This document shows positions 37,100-50,946 of a stretch of 64,000 nt of DNA, piece after piece (within the stretch, counting starts at the first letter, position 1; every line of letters begins with the position of its first letter). A model generated the notes under the pieces. The model saw nothing but the letters and a program-made list of their open reading frames with translations. It had not been told where the DNA came from and ran no database searches. Source of the DNA: Azolla caroliniana (lineage: Eukaryota; Plantae; Polypodiophyta); contig JBHGNT010000014.1 in assembly GCA_043228905.1 (NCBI GenBank), positions 18,166,001 to 18,230,000 of the forward strand, given 5' to 3'. A program made the position numbers and the translations under genes.

Positions 37100-37295
37100 G
37101 GTGCATTTATGGTATTGTGATTGAAACAGTTCATTAGAACAGTGTTGGGGCATACAATCACTGGAAATGTGTTTAGATAATATTATTTTTCCCTTGGGTA
37201 TGGCATTTATGGTATTGTGATTGAAACAATCCATTAGAACAGTGTTATGACATACAATTACTGGAAATGTGTATAGATCATATCATTTCTCACTT
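37100..37295. repeat. ~100 bp tandem duplication between the convergent ABCC and PABN 3' ends
   Basis: gcatttatggtattgtgattgaaaca..cattagaacagtgtt...catacaat.actggaaatgtgt occurs twice. Confidence 0.85.
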
Positions 37296-38804
37296 GAGTA
37301 TGGCTCCAACGTACCTCTCTTCGATGAGCAAACACAACAATTTCACTCCAATATTGCATCAATAAAGAAAAAACAATCATCTCCGACTCCCCCCACCTAT
37401 ATGATGCATTAATGGCATAGCATTGTGATTAAAAGAAGTGTTTTCATGATCTTATAAGACCAAACACCACATTTATATGATGCATTAATAGCGTTGTATA
37501 AACTGCTGTCATGATTACCCTAGATGGGCAAATGCTGCAAGGATTACAGAACACACACCATCTGTCATTGATAAAAAGACACTTCTCTCAACTTTTAAGG
37601 GAGCACTAAGTAAGGCTGTACACTTTTATTCAAGTAATGGTCTGATAACAGATTAGAAACAACCTATCCAGAGATATGGGAAACATCTAATGGGAAGTGA
37701 TTCCCTTAACAGAACATCAACTTCTTTGAGAGATAACAATGTTTCTTTAACATCACCTTCTTTGAGGGATGTTAATGCTTACAACAGGGAAGACAAATCT
37801 CTCAACAGTTGGATGGATTAGCCAGTGCTTAGAGAGCCAGCTAAAAGGGTGCACTTCAATGGAGGACAATCTAATTGCAGTAGTTATAACGCATCAAGGC
37901 TCTGGTGTCTTTTAAGTATGTGATAATTCAATCACCAGAAACAGTGCAAAAAAGTTCATCGAGAGTGATATGAGTTAGCTAGCAGCACAATCGAGACTAG
38001 TTTCCGCTATGTATTGTTCTGCTGTTATTGGCATTCAAATTCTTAATACCCATTAATTCGGACTTCAAGTCACAAGATTTGTCTGAAAACAAGTTGTGAG
38101 ACGTGAACCAAAATAAAAGATTAATTAGTGAAGGTACAGGCTGAATTGATCCATTCATTTTAGCTCACATTACTTGGAATTGAAACAATGAAGCAATTGC
38201 AGAGGATAAGAGAATGACAGACAAGGAACACAAGTACAACATAAAAAGCCACTTCACAACTTGCAACTTTCCTTATTTAGTTTACGTGCATTGATTAACA
38301 TGGCTAAACCAAGATGTTGAGAAGATCATACACAAGCAAACGCCAAACCATTACAAAAAATGTCCCAGTGTCACCGATTAATGAAGTCCAATATAAAATC
38401 ACCTCGTAAGTGAGATGAGGCAACTAAACAAACATAAACAGAATAACATAAACCGAGCCTAACTTTAACTGTCAAATCTTCTTTTATCTATCTCTCTTTC
38501 TTTTTTCTTTCTTTCATTCCTTTGGTTAAATCTCTTTCTTTCTTTTTTAAACAGACTTGTTTACTCATACAAAATCAGAAAAGCAATCCGTGAGATTCCG
38601 TGCTGTTAAAAAGGACATCGAGTCAAGGAAGTGCGATCATGGAGCAACACACCAACAGTTGACCATAAAAGTCCCAGATTACAGAGGCCAAAATACTTCA
38701 TGACACCCAACTTTTCATCATCTGGAGCCATATAGAAACAAAACCAGCGAGAAATCCAAAGAGTTCCAGTATCACTAAAAGCATCAAGAGGCGCCCAAAT
38801 CTGC

Positions 38805-41800
38805 TCAATAATATGGCCTATACCGGACTGGTCTCCGAAACCTTGGTATCCTCCTGTGAGGATAAATCAAAAACACATCAGTGGAATATGTAAGTGTGTG
38901 CACACACCTCTTATATAAATAGGGAGATTATCAAAATACACTTATCTCTTAGGTTATTGAGAGGTATGCATGCCCATTCTTAAAAATACATTTAGATATG
39001 TAAAAAAAGGTTTCTCTAATCTCAATTAGATAGAATTCTCAATCTTCTCCAAACATTGTGAGGATATCTTAATCAAGTCTCTAATAAATAATATATTACA
39101 TAACTTACTTTTATCTCTACGAAAGCCATCAGGCAAGATCTCAATGAGCAAGAGGCTAAGCAAACATAGATCAAACCTACGCTAGAATCAAATCTAACAA
39201 TCAGCTACTATCATGACCATCTTCTCCACATCACCTAGGACAGATTTACAATCCACAATGGATACATGTATGTATGTCTGCTTCATAGATTGAGATGCGC
39301 CATTGGACAGATCCAAGCTTGGCACATCAGTTGGACATAGAGATCGGTAGGTGTAGGGCTGTACCTCCTCAGCAGAGGCCATAGAGAGAAATGGTCTCGG
39401 GAGTACTGCCTATGCTGCTGCATTGTTAGCTAAAAGATCCATGGACGACTCCATTGCCTCTTTATTGAGGGATATGGACCATTCTCCCGAATCAAGACTT
39501 GACACCATGCAGGCCTCTTTCAGCCATGCTGGGCAATATGGAGCTATGATTAAAGATGTTTGGGACTGTTCTGTAGATAGTCGTCTCTCAAGGAGTAGAT
39601 GCCCAGCAGGGCCTATACAAGGGCACAGTAAATTTCCTCAGAAAGCTCTGCGAAGGGACCTCCAAACAAGCATACAAGAATATTGGATGAGATTACGAGG
39701 ATTATCACATAGAAGATAAAGCCCACTTTGGTGGATATATATCATTGGCCAAAATCAAGCATGACCCCTAAGGTGGTTCACTGTAGAGAACATTGATGAC
39801 ACACAGCATCATTCTATGAGAACTTGCATTGGTTGATCCACTGATGTTAGATGCCTATTCATTTATTTTGTACATAGTATCCTCCTGTACATTAACAGAA
39901 CTTTTGATCTCATAGGTCACTTTGACCATTTGAAAACATTAAGATAATTATCTCTCTCTCTCTCTAAGATGGATCACAACTTCCCCTCACAAATACATTA
40001 ATCACAAGAATTTTTCTGCAATAATGTTTATCGGTTGGCAATATATGAGTAATAGGTCCATGAACTACTAAGAATAGCTTTTAATTATTAGCACTATTAT
40101 TTAACTATTTGAGAACTAATTTAATGACAAAATAGAACATTTGGTTTTCTGAGCATTCATGTAAATCAATGGATTAAGAAAGAGCAAGCATATTGTCAAG
40201 ATAAGCAAAATGTTCTAGCTTACCCATAACCATATGCATAGGGTGGCATAAATGGTCGTCTTGGACGATAGCCATAGGGACTAAGAGCACGCCCTCTGTA
40301 TTGCTTCATACCCGGAACATTTGTTCTCTTTGCCGATACCTGCAAAACTATCCAATTTATTAGAAGCATTTAAATCATGCTAAATCCAAGAGATGATTAC
40401 CCAAACTTTAGAAGAAGGGATCACCTTAAATGGCTAACCCTAAAGTTCCTGATCTTCTTGGTTGGATGTCATCACTATCGCCACCATAGTCTCAACATGA
40501 AAGAAAACCATTTCATTCTAAGACTGTAAGTTCCCTAATCGAGGGGATGGCCATTTCACCCAAGACCCTAAAGATCTCTAGTCAAAGGGGATGACCATTT
40601 ATCCTTAATGCCTAAAGTTTTTAGACACAAAGGGACATCCAGACATAACTTTTTGTTTCATATTTGGTCTCATAGGCCATTTTGGCCTTTTAATAAAGGC
40701 ATAGATATATTGTTCATTCATTTCCTCATAACAGGAAACAATCCTAGTCACTGCCTGAATTACCACATGAAGGACACCCTATACATGAGCATTATACTTA
40801 TGCAACATAGCTTGCTTGTAAATTCTAACAGAGTGAATTCAATCATTGTAAATTATCCCTGGTTGCACCACATAATCTATCATTGCCTTTAGAAATTCAA
40901 ACTTATGAGCCTTGACATTTCCATCAACTTCACGTCTACAGGAAGAACAATATACTTGCACCAAGTAAGCTATGTTCCAATTAGACTTTTAGCTAGTTAA
41001 ACCTTATGGCAAACACATAAGAAAATTCCAGTTGGGTGCACCTTTAAGGGGCGACCATGAAGCTCTGATTCATTCAGCAGCAGAGCATTCTGTACGCCTT
41101 CTAGCTCTACAAACTCTACATATGCATATCTGAGCAACCAAAAACAATTGCTGTTCAAAGATGCATTCAAAAGATGTTAAACCTGATAATTCTTGAATTA
41201 AAATATTTTAAGGACAAAAACATCGCATTTAAAAAAATGTTGAATGAATGCTTTTAAGTAGGTGTAAAGGCGTGATGATACCCCTTGGGTTGGCCAAATT
41301 TATCGGTCAAAATTGTTACACGATTCACGGTACCACATGACTCAAAGTGCTGTTGTACCTCTTCAGGTGTACAGGAATAATCCACCTGAATCATAACATA
41401 AATAAGGGTTATCTAAAGCATTTGAAATTTAGATGCTAAAATCTGTGAGCTTCAAATAAAGCACAATTCCACAAAGAGGGGCTTCAGAAGAATCATACAT
41501 TACCAACATATACTGAGCGTGCATCAGCTTCTTCTTTGTTTTGCTGCTGAGCAGCAGCACTGGCTGGATCTGGGAGAGATGATGGATAACTTCTTTAGAT
41601 TCTGAGTTATAGAAAAAATGAAAAACACTGAAGAAAAAAATAGGGGTGTTGAAATAGGAATGTACACACCTTGTATGACACCCATTTCCTTCTCTACTTT
41701 GGCCTGCATATCTCTCAAGGCAGCTGCCTCCTCTTCCATTTCCTTAAGACGCCTCTTCATGTCCTCTAATTCCTGTACAGCTTGCAAATTATAGCCAACT

Positions 41801-42932
41801 AAAAACCACTACATTTGAGCCTCTTAAAACATAAGACATCGTCAATATATCAGATACATGACAGTGGCAGATTGATTGAGGCAAGAGCATCGTACAATTG
41901 AAGAGTTAAGAAACTATAATAAATTCAATATAAATGTGCATATAATCCCAATACCATAGGTACAGAATATAAATACATACAATAATACATTCAGTTAGGA
42001 GTCTAACTTATTATTAATTCAATAAGTAGATATCACAAAACCCCTCAAGCAGGCAAATTTGTAATAATACATACACGAGAGGCAGAGTCGAATCACAAAC
42101 ATCCATATGGTTGATTAAAAGAATGCTGCCGGTTATTGGAGTGAATTTTTAATCATACAGGATTCTATTCATAAAATCTCTTTCCACAAATTTTGTGACA
42201 GTTATATATGTACATGTAACATTTCAAACTTAAAAGACATAGAATGTCAAAGAAAACAAGTTTTAAATCCATAAGAAATTTAGGGCCAATTCATAAATAT
42301 CGATATGACTGATTGAAAAGAAAAGTCCATCATTACAAAAAGTTTTTATAATGAGACTATGTCCATATCCCGGAACTTGCCAAGTTTAATATACATTCGT
42401 TTAAGAAATCAGCCTATGGTTAATCTATTATGTGCAGGTGAGACAGTGAAAAGCAAAAAAGCAAAATAAAGATACAGGAGAGAACTTGAGCCAATTGAAA
42501 AACATAAGAATAGCTAATAAAAAAGTGATGATGTTGGCCACTAAAGAGACTCTTCATAATGTGCAATATTATAACTAATCAAAATATATAGACATACAAC
42601 CCAGAGTAAACGGAGTGGATTCATACACATCAAATGGAAGATATTTTATTTGTTTCCATATCAAATGTAGCGATGAATCCTAGTTGGCAATGCATATGAA
42701 GTATTTGATAGTCATCTTGATTAACAAAAGGTTAGATTATAAGTTTCAAAAAATGCAAAATAAAATTTGGAAGGAGATGGGGGGCTCCGCTAACCTTGGA
42801 AGCTGCATCTTCACCAATTCCATCTTCATCTTTACCAACCCTAACATATGGATTTCCTTCAAGATCAGTTTCCATATCTCCTTCTACATCTTCAGGGATA
42901 TCTCCACCATAAACTTCATGCTCCTCTTCCAT
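38805..42932 (-). CDS. PABN1: Nuclear polyadenylate-binding protein (PABN/PABPN1-like); 7 coding exons, 222 aa
   Basis: Exons (-): 42932-42795, 41772-41670, 41569-41499, 41385-41282, 41129-41042, 40339-40224, 38853-38805 (669 nt). Motifs: [13 protein letters not shown]; coiled coil [20 protein letters not shown]; [24 protein letters not shown]...KGYAYVEF; [10 protein letters not shown]; C-terminal RYRPYY*. The paralogue number is uncertain. Confidence 0.93.
39100..39965 (+). mobile_element. Highly degenerate LINE-like remnant in the last PABN intron
   Basis: Ends in a diverged copy of the LINE 3' block (ttttgatctcataggtcactttgacc...) followed by (CT)n. Confidence 0.4.
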
Positions 42933-42946
42933 GATGTAGATTCAAA

Positions 42947-43065
42947 GGCAGCTTGACCTGACTAATACACACCAGAAAGCATAAATGAGGTAACACCCAA
43001 GAGAGAGAGGCAGCTTGACCTGACTAATACACACCAGAAAGCATAAATGAGGTAACACCCAAGAG

Positions 43066-43066
<1 letters not shown>
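42947..43066 (-). repeat. 62-bp-period tandem duplication containing the PABN 5'UTR splice acceptor
   Basis: ggcagcttgacctgactaatacacaccagaaagcataaatgaggtaacacccaagaga is identical at 42947 and 43009. Confidence 0.9.
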
Positions 43067-43101
<35 letters not shown>

Positions 43102-43149
43102 GACTTTCTATAATCGCATGGAAAGCAATCAAAAAGATCCAAATAACTC

Positions 43150-45625
43150 ATAGAAGCAAAATTGAATGATATGGATGCAGCACACTCGCTTCATGATGCA
43201 TCACTAGATTCCTCTATAAATGAGGCCTTTTTGCAATGCCAATGTATCATACATGGGATAAATGTGAAGGCTAACGCTTCACACATTATACTACACATAT
43301 CGCACCTAACTACAAAACCATATTCTTCGCAGAACAGGAAACGATACACATCAATACATGTTAGAGCCCATCCCATTGTCCACCATTCAAACCATTGCTT
43401 CCATGCAACTTTGCTCACATGCATTGCGATGTGAGACAATGCATTGGGGCACAAGTGATGAGAGTGGTTGACTATGCACACTTTTCCCTAAACAAGTTCG
43501 AGAGTCTGAGTATCACACTTTGATACAATGTTCTGCCTTTGACCATATTCGACTATGCTTTTCACACATCTTCGACCAAACCCAATCCTTGCACAAATTG
43601 CGACCTTCAACTTTCGTAGATATGCTTTCACTCCATGCCTACTATCAAATACAAAAGCATTGCGTATATCCCAATTATGACACAATCCCCAAGACCTTAG
43701 AAATAGGAAAACGATCTCCATCTCTGATTTTGGGTCAACCTATGTGAATTGTGCAAACACCCACTATCTTGGCATCAAATAACACTATGACAAAACTTGC
43801 CAAATTTGAGAAATGTTACTCCAAATCTAACAAGCAATCGAACATTGTATGGAACGATAAGACCTATCATCGACTTGAACCATGCAAAAAAAACAATTGC
43901 ATGTTGCTAGTCCACATCATTTTAGAGCTAATCCCAATAGCAAACATCCAATCAAAACTCTCCAATGAAGACCGTTGCAACAAGTAAGAATTTAGAATGT
44001 CAACTACATTTTAGGATCGGCCACCATGCATACACAAAGTTATGTACTTTCCACTCTTCTTCAGCCCTAGAAGATAGCCATAGAAGAGACACAACAAAGC
44101 AATGATACAAGATATTAATAGTCATTCATAAAAATGGCGTTTGACCCTATAAACACCAATCAACCCACGTTTGATTAGTTGATAGTGCAATCTGTCCTTC
44201 CCAGGCCAACATAATAACCAAGAACATAAAAGTAACTCTTTTTGTAAAGAATTCCAGTGCCTCCACTAGATGTTGGTTTCAATACAAATAATGAGAGCGC
44301 TTCATGCCATGAGACAACCAAGTATTGAACACATCAAGAGCAAGGAATCCTAAGTGGAATAAATATGTTCAATAATTGCCATCATGAAGCATTAATTGTT
44401 GTCCTTCCATGTTTTATACCCTCATTCTCAATGAAATATTGGACAATAAATATCTCTATGGTTGTGAGTCTAAACACATGTCTTACAATAATGAACAACT
44501 ACGATTCATCATATGCATAGATAAGTCCAACATTGCAACTTGGGAGTTGATAGATAGTTCCATGCAAACAATGCGATTCCCATCTTAACCTTCTTTCTCC
44601 ACAACAAATATCAAAGAGGTTATGTAATGCAAAGGCTTCTTTGTCCATGCAACAATGTCAAGTAATATAATATCATGGGTTCCATATTACATAGTACAAC
44701 CTTCAAGTGTATATGAAATGGCAATATCTTGCATTCCATAACCTTATACAATATAATATCATGGGTTCCATATTACATCGTACAACCTTCAAGTGTATAT
44801 GAAATGGCAAAATCATAAGTTTCATAATACATTGCACGACCAATACATGAACTTATCCCTTAACTTGCTAGAAATCCATTCAATCAATTGGCCAATCCTA
44901 ATATTCATTCCCTGTTGGAGGGTGGCAGCTCCAGACCTGCACTCTCTTTCAACTTTATTATCTTTGTATTACTTTCTCTCTTCCCAGATTCTTCTCTCTC
45001 TAGAACCTGCAACTCTTTAAATGCCTTCTCTCTCTAGATCTGCAATGCTTTAAATGCCTTTTGTCTCTTCCACTTTTTCCAAGATATTCCCTTTTTATTC
45101 CTAGTTTATTGTACCTGTTTGGTAGTACAAGAGTCTCTTAACTACCAAACAACCATTCCCAATTTTGTATAAATAGGCTTATACCAGCCTCTTTTGTAAT
45201 AAGATTATTTTCTGCTGCTACTTAGAAACAAGCACAACTCTTTGGCTGTGTCTCTACTCTTTGCAACCATTTTTTCTACTGCTGTCTAACAGCCTTCTCA
45301 CAGCTTGGCTGTGTCTATTTTGTTCTAACTCTTCCGCTGCTGCTATTAACAGCTTTTCTCACATTCCCAATGGATACCCCAAGTGTCGAAAAAAAGAGCC
45401 CTTTCTAACCATGGATCCATGCCATCCTAGACATTCCAAATCCCTTCCAGTACATGAGATGAGGCTAGACTTCCTCCAATAAATATGTAATCTAGATGCC
45501 AATGGAAATTGGCTTTGTACAAGCTTCCCCTTCTCAAGATTCTCACACAAGGCTGGTAAAAACATGAATGAATCATCTACCAAAGCATGTGCTACCACTT
45601 GCCCCCATATGGAAGTGATCCCCAT
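43150..45625 (-). mobile_element. Degenerate L1-type LINE (RT and C-terminal region), split by a solo LTR
   Basis: The - strand reads ALVDDS...FRHLGYPLG|MNIRIGQLIEWISSKLRDKFMYW continuously across the LTR, then AWNYLSTPK. Confidence 0.6.
44913..45363 (+). mobile_element. Solo LTR of copia family D with a perfect 5-bp TSD
   Basis: TTCCC|TGTTGGAGGGTGGCAGCTCC...TTTTCTCACA|TTCCC; matches the LTRs at 19324-20026 and 55268-55735. Confidence 0.93.
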
Positions 45626-45629
45626 GTAA

Positions 45630-46615
45630 ATATGAACGAAGCAGAAAAAATAGAGTGATCCGGACTGCTATATTACAGAAAACAAGATAGCATGGATCAG
45701 CCCCAAAATACCACTTGGTAAGAAAATGGCCCACTATGAGATACTTTTTACACACATCAGAGCATGGATTCATCATCATGCCATGTTATATGGACAAATA
45801 TCTATTATATGAGCGGCACAATGTGATATGGAAGTTGCGAATTTCATCACATCAATTCGTGATTGAGATAGGGCAAATACACATGATATCTCTAGAAGAA
45901 AGAATTGCCAATTGTATCATCGGGGAGTGGAATCTGAAGCACACTATGTTTGTCATTGTAGTGTTCTTTATGAAATAAGCGGGAGGTACCATTGCCTCTT
46001 TAAACAAGGTTTTGGTCCTCTGCACAAGGTAATGGAATACGAGGACCGAGAGTGCTTGGGGCTTTTCTTGCTAGAACTCACGAGACACGAGAAAAAGTTG
46101 TTGGACAATAATACAGCCACATAAGCTCATCAACAGAGAACAATCACAACTTCCTTTAGCTCCATCACTCTTACTCATGCTACAAGTCAATCAAGGACTA
46201 CACAAATGAGCTCACGACAAGGACATAACAAAGGGGTTACAATAGATTGGGCAATAGCAATTTGTCGTGCATGTAGGCCTCGGCCCATGAACCATGATCT
46301 CACCACCCTTGTCATTACAGATAAAGGCCATTATCTCCTACTATCGTTGGTGCTTCCCTTCCATTAGAGTCCTCTCCATTTATGATCGACCTATGCTAGA
46401 GATCTTTCGAAGACAAAATTACATATATCTAAGTTGAGAATCTTACATGTACCAATAACAAGATTCTTTAGTCACCTTTTACCTTTTTCACTTTTTTTTA
46501 CCTAGTAACATTTATTTTGTTGTTCTCAAATATAAGACAACACTTAACATGTAATCTCTCGTTTGGTCTTATAGGCCATTTGGCCTCTTAAAAGAAATTA
46601 ATACATCTTTCTTTA
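45630..46615 (+). mobile_element. RTE-like LINE 3' portion with (TTTC) tail
   Basis: LRISSHQF.IEIG...LEERI; ESEAHYVCHC...YEISGRYHCLFKQGFG; ends ggcctcttaaaagaaattaatacatctttcttt. Confidence 0.8.
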
Positions 46616-48924
46616 GTTCTTCTTCCCATCATGTACAATTTGTCACACATACATAGGGTTAACGACCTGGTTTGGATACCCCTTTTTATATTTCTACTAG
46701 CAATCATTATAGTATATTCACGTGATTTTCACTCCCATGATTTCCACCCCCCCTCCTAATAGGGAAGGTTCATGAAGGAGTAGGGTGCGTTGAAGAAACA
46801 ACCAATGATCTAGACACTACATCCTAATAGTGTGGCATGCACAACACAAGCAGCATGTGGACACCAACATATGTAACCAAGTGGAGGTACATAAGCAAAG
46901 AAAATTGTATGCTAAAATCAAGATGTGGTCGAAATAGTTCCCATTAGCAAGACCGAACAATGTGAAGTTCAGGCGGTTGTGGTCAATTCACCAAGATGTA
47001 CAAGTAATGGGCTCTACAAAAAGAAAAGTAAATGCCCTTAGTAACCTATCCACGGGTAGTATGGGTAACAAGCCGTTAGTATGCTGTTCATAGAAAAGTA
47101 GATTCCAAAAAGCAATCTCTAGAAACTAAATGTCTGCATAAACCTGAAGAAGAAGAGAACCAATCTACACTCAATGGGGAGACAATTCCCAAAAGAGGCA
47201 ATTCCATCCTGGTGAAACCAAGGAGGATGTCCAAGTACAATCGGAGTAACAAGGAAACATGTTCTCACGCAGAAACAAATTCATCCACACAACTTAGAGA
47301 TAAAGAAGAATGACAAAATCCAATTCATGGGGGATTACGCCAACATTGTAGAATCATAGAGACTCAAAAAACTTCCAAAAGAAACCTTCCTAACATGTAC
47401 ACCTGCATTAAGCAAGCTAGGCAAGCAACCGACCTTGCAATCATAGTACGTAATATACTCGAATGCGTTGGCAAACATTGTTTTTCATACGAATGCAAAC
47501 GAATGCATATGTTATCAAAAAATTATTATGTTTTTTTACACTTTTTACCTTAATTTTCTTACATTTAAATTTATTTTACCTTACAATAAATAATGAATAC
47601 AAAAGTATGATATTTACCATACTTCGAGGGTGTTACCATACTCAAAGGATTGAAACATTCAAGAATGCAAATGCACGTATGATACGTATGGTTCATACTA
47701 TGCTGGCAATGATTCAAACATGAGAAATATCTTACGATGTTTCCCATGCTACAATCACATAATCATATGTCATTTCCAAATTCCCATGTTAAGGTTAAAA
47801 TATTTTCTCTATACCCCTATATGAGGTTACAAAGCTCAACATCATAAGGCTTAAAATAATATATGCACAACCAATAATCACTCTAAACACAATTTTTTTC
47901 AAATGAACAATTTCAATGCTGACATCCTCTAGAGAAGGAAGAAAAAAGATGCAAAAAAGAAGCTCATCGTAGATATGCTTGACCAAACAGTGGATTGGCT
48001 CCCTCCACACTTCAGTCCACATTTCATGCCCAAGATCTCTCTTATTTTTTCCTTTGACTATATAGAGACTGACAACGCCACTTTGTTATGCCCAAGGAGA
48101 CGATTTGATTCAAGTTACATGGTTCCATTATAGATCAACAGGTGTGTTGCATAATGCATCAAGTAAAATAGTTTTTAAGCGACATCAAGTTATTATAGCT
48201 ACTCTCAGATAAGATAAGTTATCCAAGGAGGATTGTTTAACAATAGCTAGAGCCCGAACCACTTGCTTTTTGTGCATCTTGAACCTACTCAATGCACTAC
48301 TCCATGTCACACTCACAATAATTACCTCAAGACAAAACTGCCCTTACATTAACCCGAAATAAAAATGCCATGAGAATATTTAAAAATAAAAATAACTTTG
48401 ATTACATCAACGACATTTATTTTCAGTGATATAAGAAAACTCTACTTAAATTTTCCTAAATCATATCCTTAGATATAAACAAAACCCTAAATGTAGCTAA
48501 TCTAAACCACATCTACACAGGTAAAATGGGAAGAAAAAAAAACTAATTACGATTTGTCTGCAGAGAAAAGTGAAAACCCTACGTGTGACATGTCTAAACA
48601 TATCTACGAAATAAGGAATAACACATACGTGAACTCATACGGAAAAGAGAAAATGCAAAAAAACTAGGAAACAAGAATTGCCATATCTGCGCAGGTAAGG
48701 AAAAAAGAAAACAACTAAATTACCAAGTAGGGTTAAGATAAAAATGGCAGTGCTGAGGGAAAACAGAAGAGGAATCGATGGGAAAGAGGAGGAGGGAAAA
48801 AACAAAAAACAAAAAAAAGGAAGAGGAAAAGCAAATGTATGGCAGAAACATAACCATGTACACAAAACCTAACCTTAAACTTAGAAACCTAACCCTAATC
48901 GTACTGGAGAAAGGAAGTGCTTAC

Positions 48925-49145
48925 TTGTGTGCAGAAGAACCCTCGAAGAAGGAAGGAAAAGGAAGGAAGGAAGAATGAGAGAGGAAGGGAAACCGACAGA
49001 GGAACCCCAAAGAGAAGAGACGCGTCTCTTTTCGTGTGTTTTTGAGTTTTCTTCTTCTTTTTCTTCTTTTCTTCTTCTCCTTCTTCAGAAGAAGCCTTCA
49101 CCTCCTTCTTTGTGTGTCTCTGTGTGTGTGTACACAGACACACAG
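48925..49145 (-). other. Probable non-coding first exon (5'UTR) of PABN
   Basis: The - strand has a GA/CT-rich leader ending CACAA|GTAAGC (donor at 48924), pairing with the acceptor at ~42958. Inferred, with no transcript evidence. Confidence 0.55.
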
Positions 49146-49146
49146 C

Positions 49147-49685
49147 CAAACCGGTTAAGCCTTAACCAGCTTGGTCACCGGTTTAGGCTTGACCCGAACC
49201 GAGAAACCGCGGCTTACCGATTTCAACGGTTCGGTTCAGGTTTAGGTTTTTTAAAACGGTTCGGTTTCAACCGTCAGAAACCACGGTTTTTCGGGGTTTT
49301 TTTTTTTTTTTTTTAAACAATTTTAAAATTTTGTTTTAAAAGAATCTTTTCATTTTAAGAATATCTTTAAAATTTTAAATTTTAAAATAATGAAACATTA
49401 TAAATTTTAAATTTTGGCTTAAGTTGAAAACCGAAACCTAACCACGAAACCAAGGTTTTTAACGGTTTTTAAAATGTTTAACGGTTCGATTTTAATGGTT
49501 TCGTGGTTCGGTTTGGTTCAGGTTTTAGAAAATTTAAACCGAACCGAACCGTTGCCGATTGTTACCAGTTTTAGCAATCCCAAACCGAGCTCAAATCGAT
49601 TAAGGAAACTCAAGTCTAAACCGAATGGAACCGAACCACCAAACCGTTTCAAAATGGTCTGACGGTTCGATTTAGGGTTGAATTG
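49147..49685. repeat. AAACCG/CGGTTT-rich array with an AT-rich core (MITE or DNA-transposon-like) directly upstream of PABN
   Basis: Dense aaaccg / cggttc / ggttcggttt motifs in both orientations around a poly-T/AT core. Confidence 0.55.
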
Positions 49686-50481
49686 AGTTGTTGCCAATTC
49701 CGACCTCCGTATGAATATTGTTGCACGAAATGGCAAACATGAATGCCCACCCACGCTGTAATATTGTTTGCCATCCATCACCTTGCATTCGACTTACATA
49801 CATTCTGCACTTTCTCTGGTTTAGGAGATACCCAAGGTAATGATGTCATTGCATTATGATACAATCTATATTGTAGTGACCCGTAACAAGAAGTGTGACA
49901 TCCTATAACCGCCAATCCACCCAAGGTGCAACATTTGTTTTCAATGGCAATGATCCATGCAACAGTCGTATATCTTGTAATTTCTCCCAAATAAATCCAT
50001 AAATTGGGGAAAATGCATAATCTGTGATGGTTCATTGGGGCCACGTTTGATGGATCAACTATTCCTGTTTATCAAGTCCTAGAGTATCATCACACTTTGA
50101 TACGATGCATTATGTTTTCGTTCAAGAGTTCTTTTTCAGATGTTGTCCACCTAACCCATTGCTTAGCACACATTTCTCTCATGATCATGGTGTGCACTTC
50201 TCGAGTCACGTTATTTATTAACAATAATAATAATTAACATTGAGATTCGCCATCCAACTCCATTTTTACACTTTTGGTCTCATGGGTAATATTTGAACTT
50301 CAAGGATGATAATAAATTCTATGTAGTTATACCTTGATCGCTTCGTAGGGCCATCTAAGGAGATAGTGAACACTTTGGGGGGCATTTGGGAAATAAAAAC
50401 ACATGTAGGGTGGGATATTACAACCTTGTCCCCTATTAGAACCGTGTCCTTTTTTGTTGTTGCTTGTGTATATGTGCTTGT

Positions 50482-50946
50482 TGTTGAGAATCAAGCTTAA
50501 CCTAGTCTAGTGTGTGAACACACATTTTGAGAATCTATGACCACGGAAAGGTTAAAAGTCACCGCTACTTATGGAACTCATTAACTATATGTCATAGAAT
50601 CATATTCTATGACACGTAACTAATGAGTTCCATATTCCCCATAACTAATAAGTTTCCACATTCCCCAAGGATCTACAGAGAGAGTGGGCGTTTTAGTGAG
50701 AGAATGTAGAGAGAGGGTGACCTTATATAAAGCACCCTCATCCTACTTTGTAATGGGGCGGTTAATCTGCTTTGTAATGCTCATATCGTTGTAATTGTTC
50801 TCCACTTCTTGTTAATACATACATCCATCTTGAGTACTTCATTTTATCTATCTATCTTGTGTCTCTCTTCTCTTCTCTTTCACACACACATATAACACAC
50901 ATCCATAATCTATTCCACTACATAGAATCACACTCGATTCTTTACA
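50482..50946 (+). mobile_element. Putative solo LTR
   Basis: Starts TGTTGAGAATCAAGCTTAACCTAG, similar to the element C LTR start. Has an internal TATATAAA and CT/CA tracts and ends TTTACA. No clear TSD. Confidence 0.5.

Noticed and set aside
46650-47400. Possible LINE ORF1 remnant in the PABN 5'UTR intron
   Set aside because: Too degenerate to support by eye.
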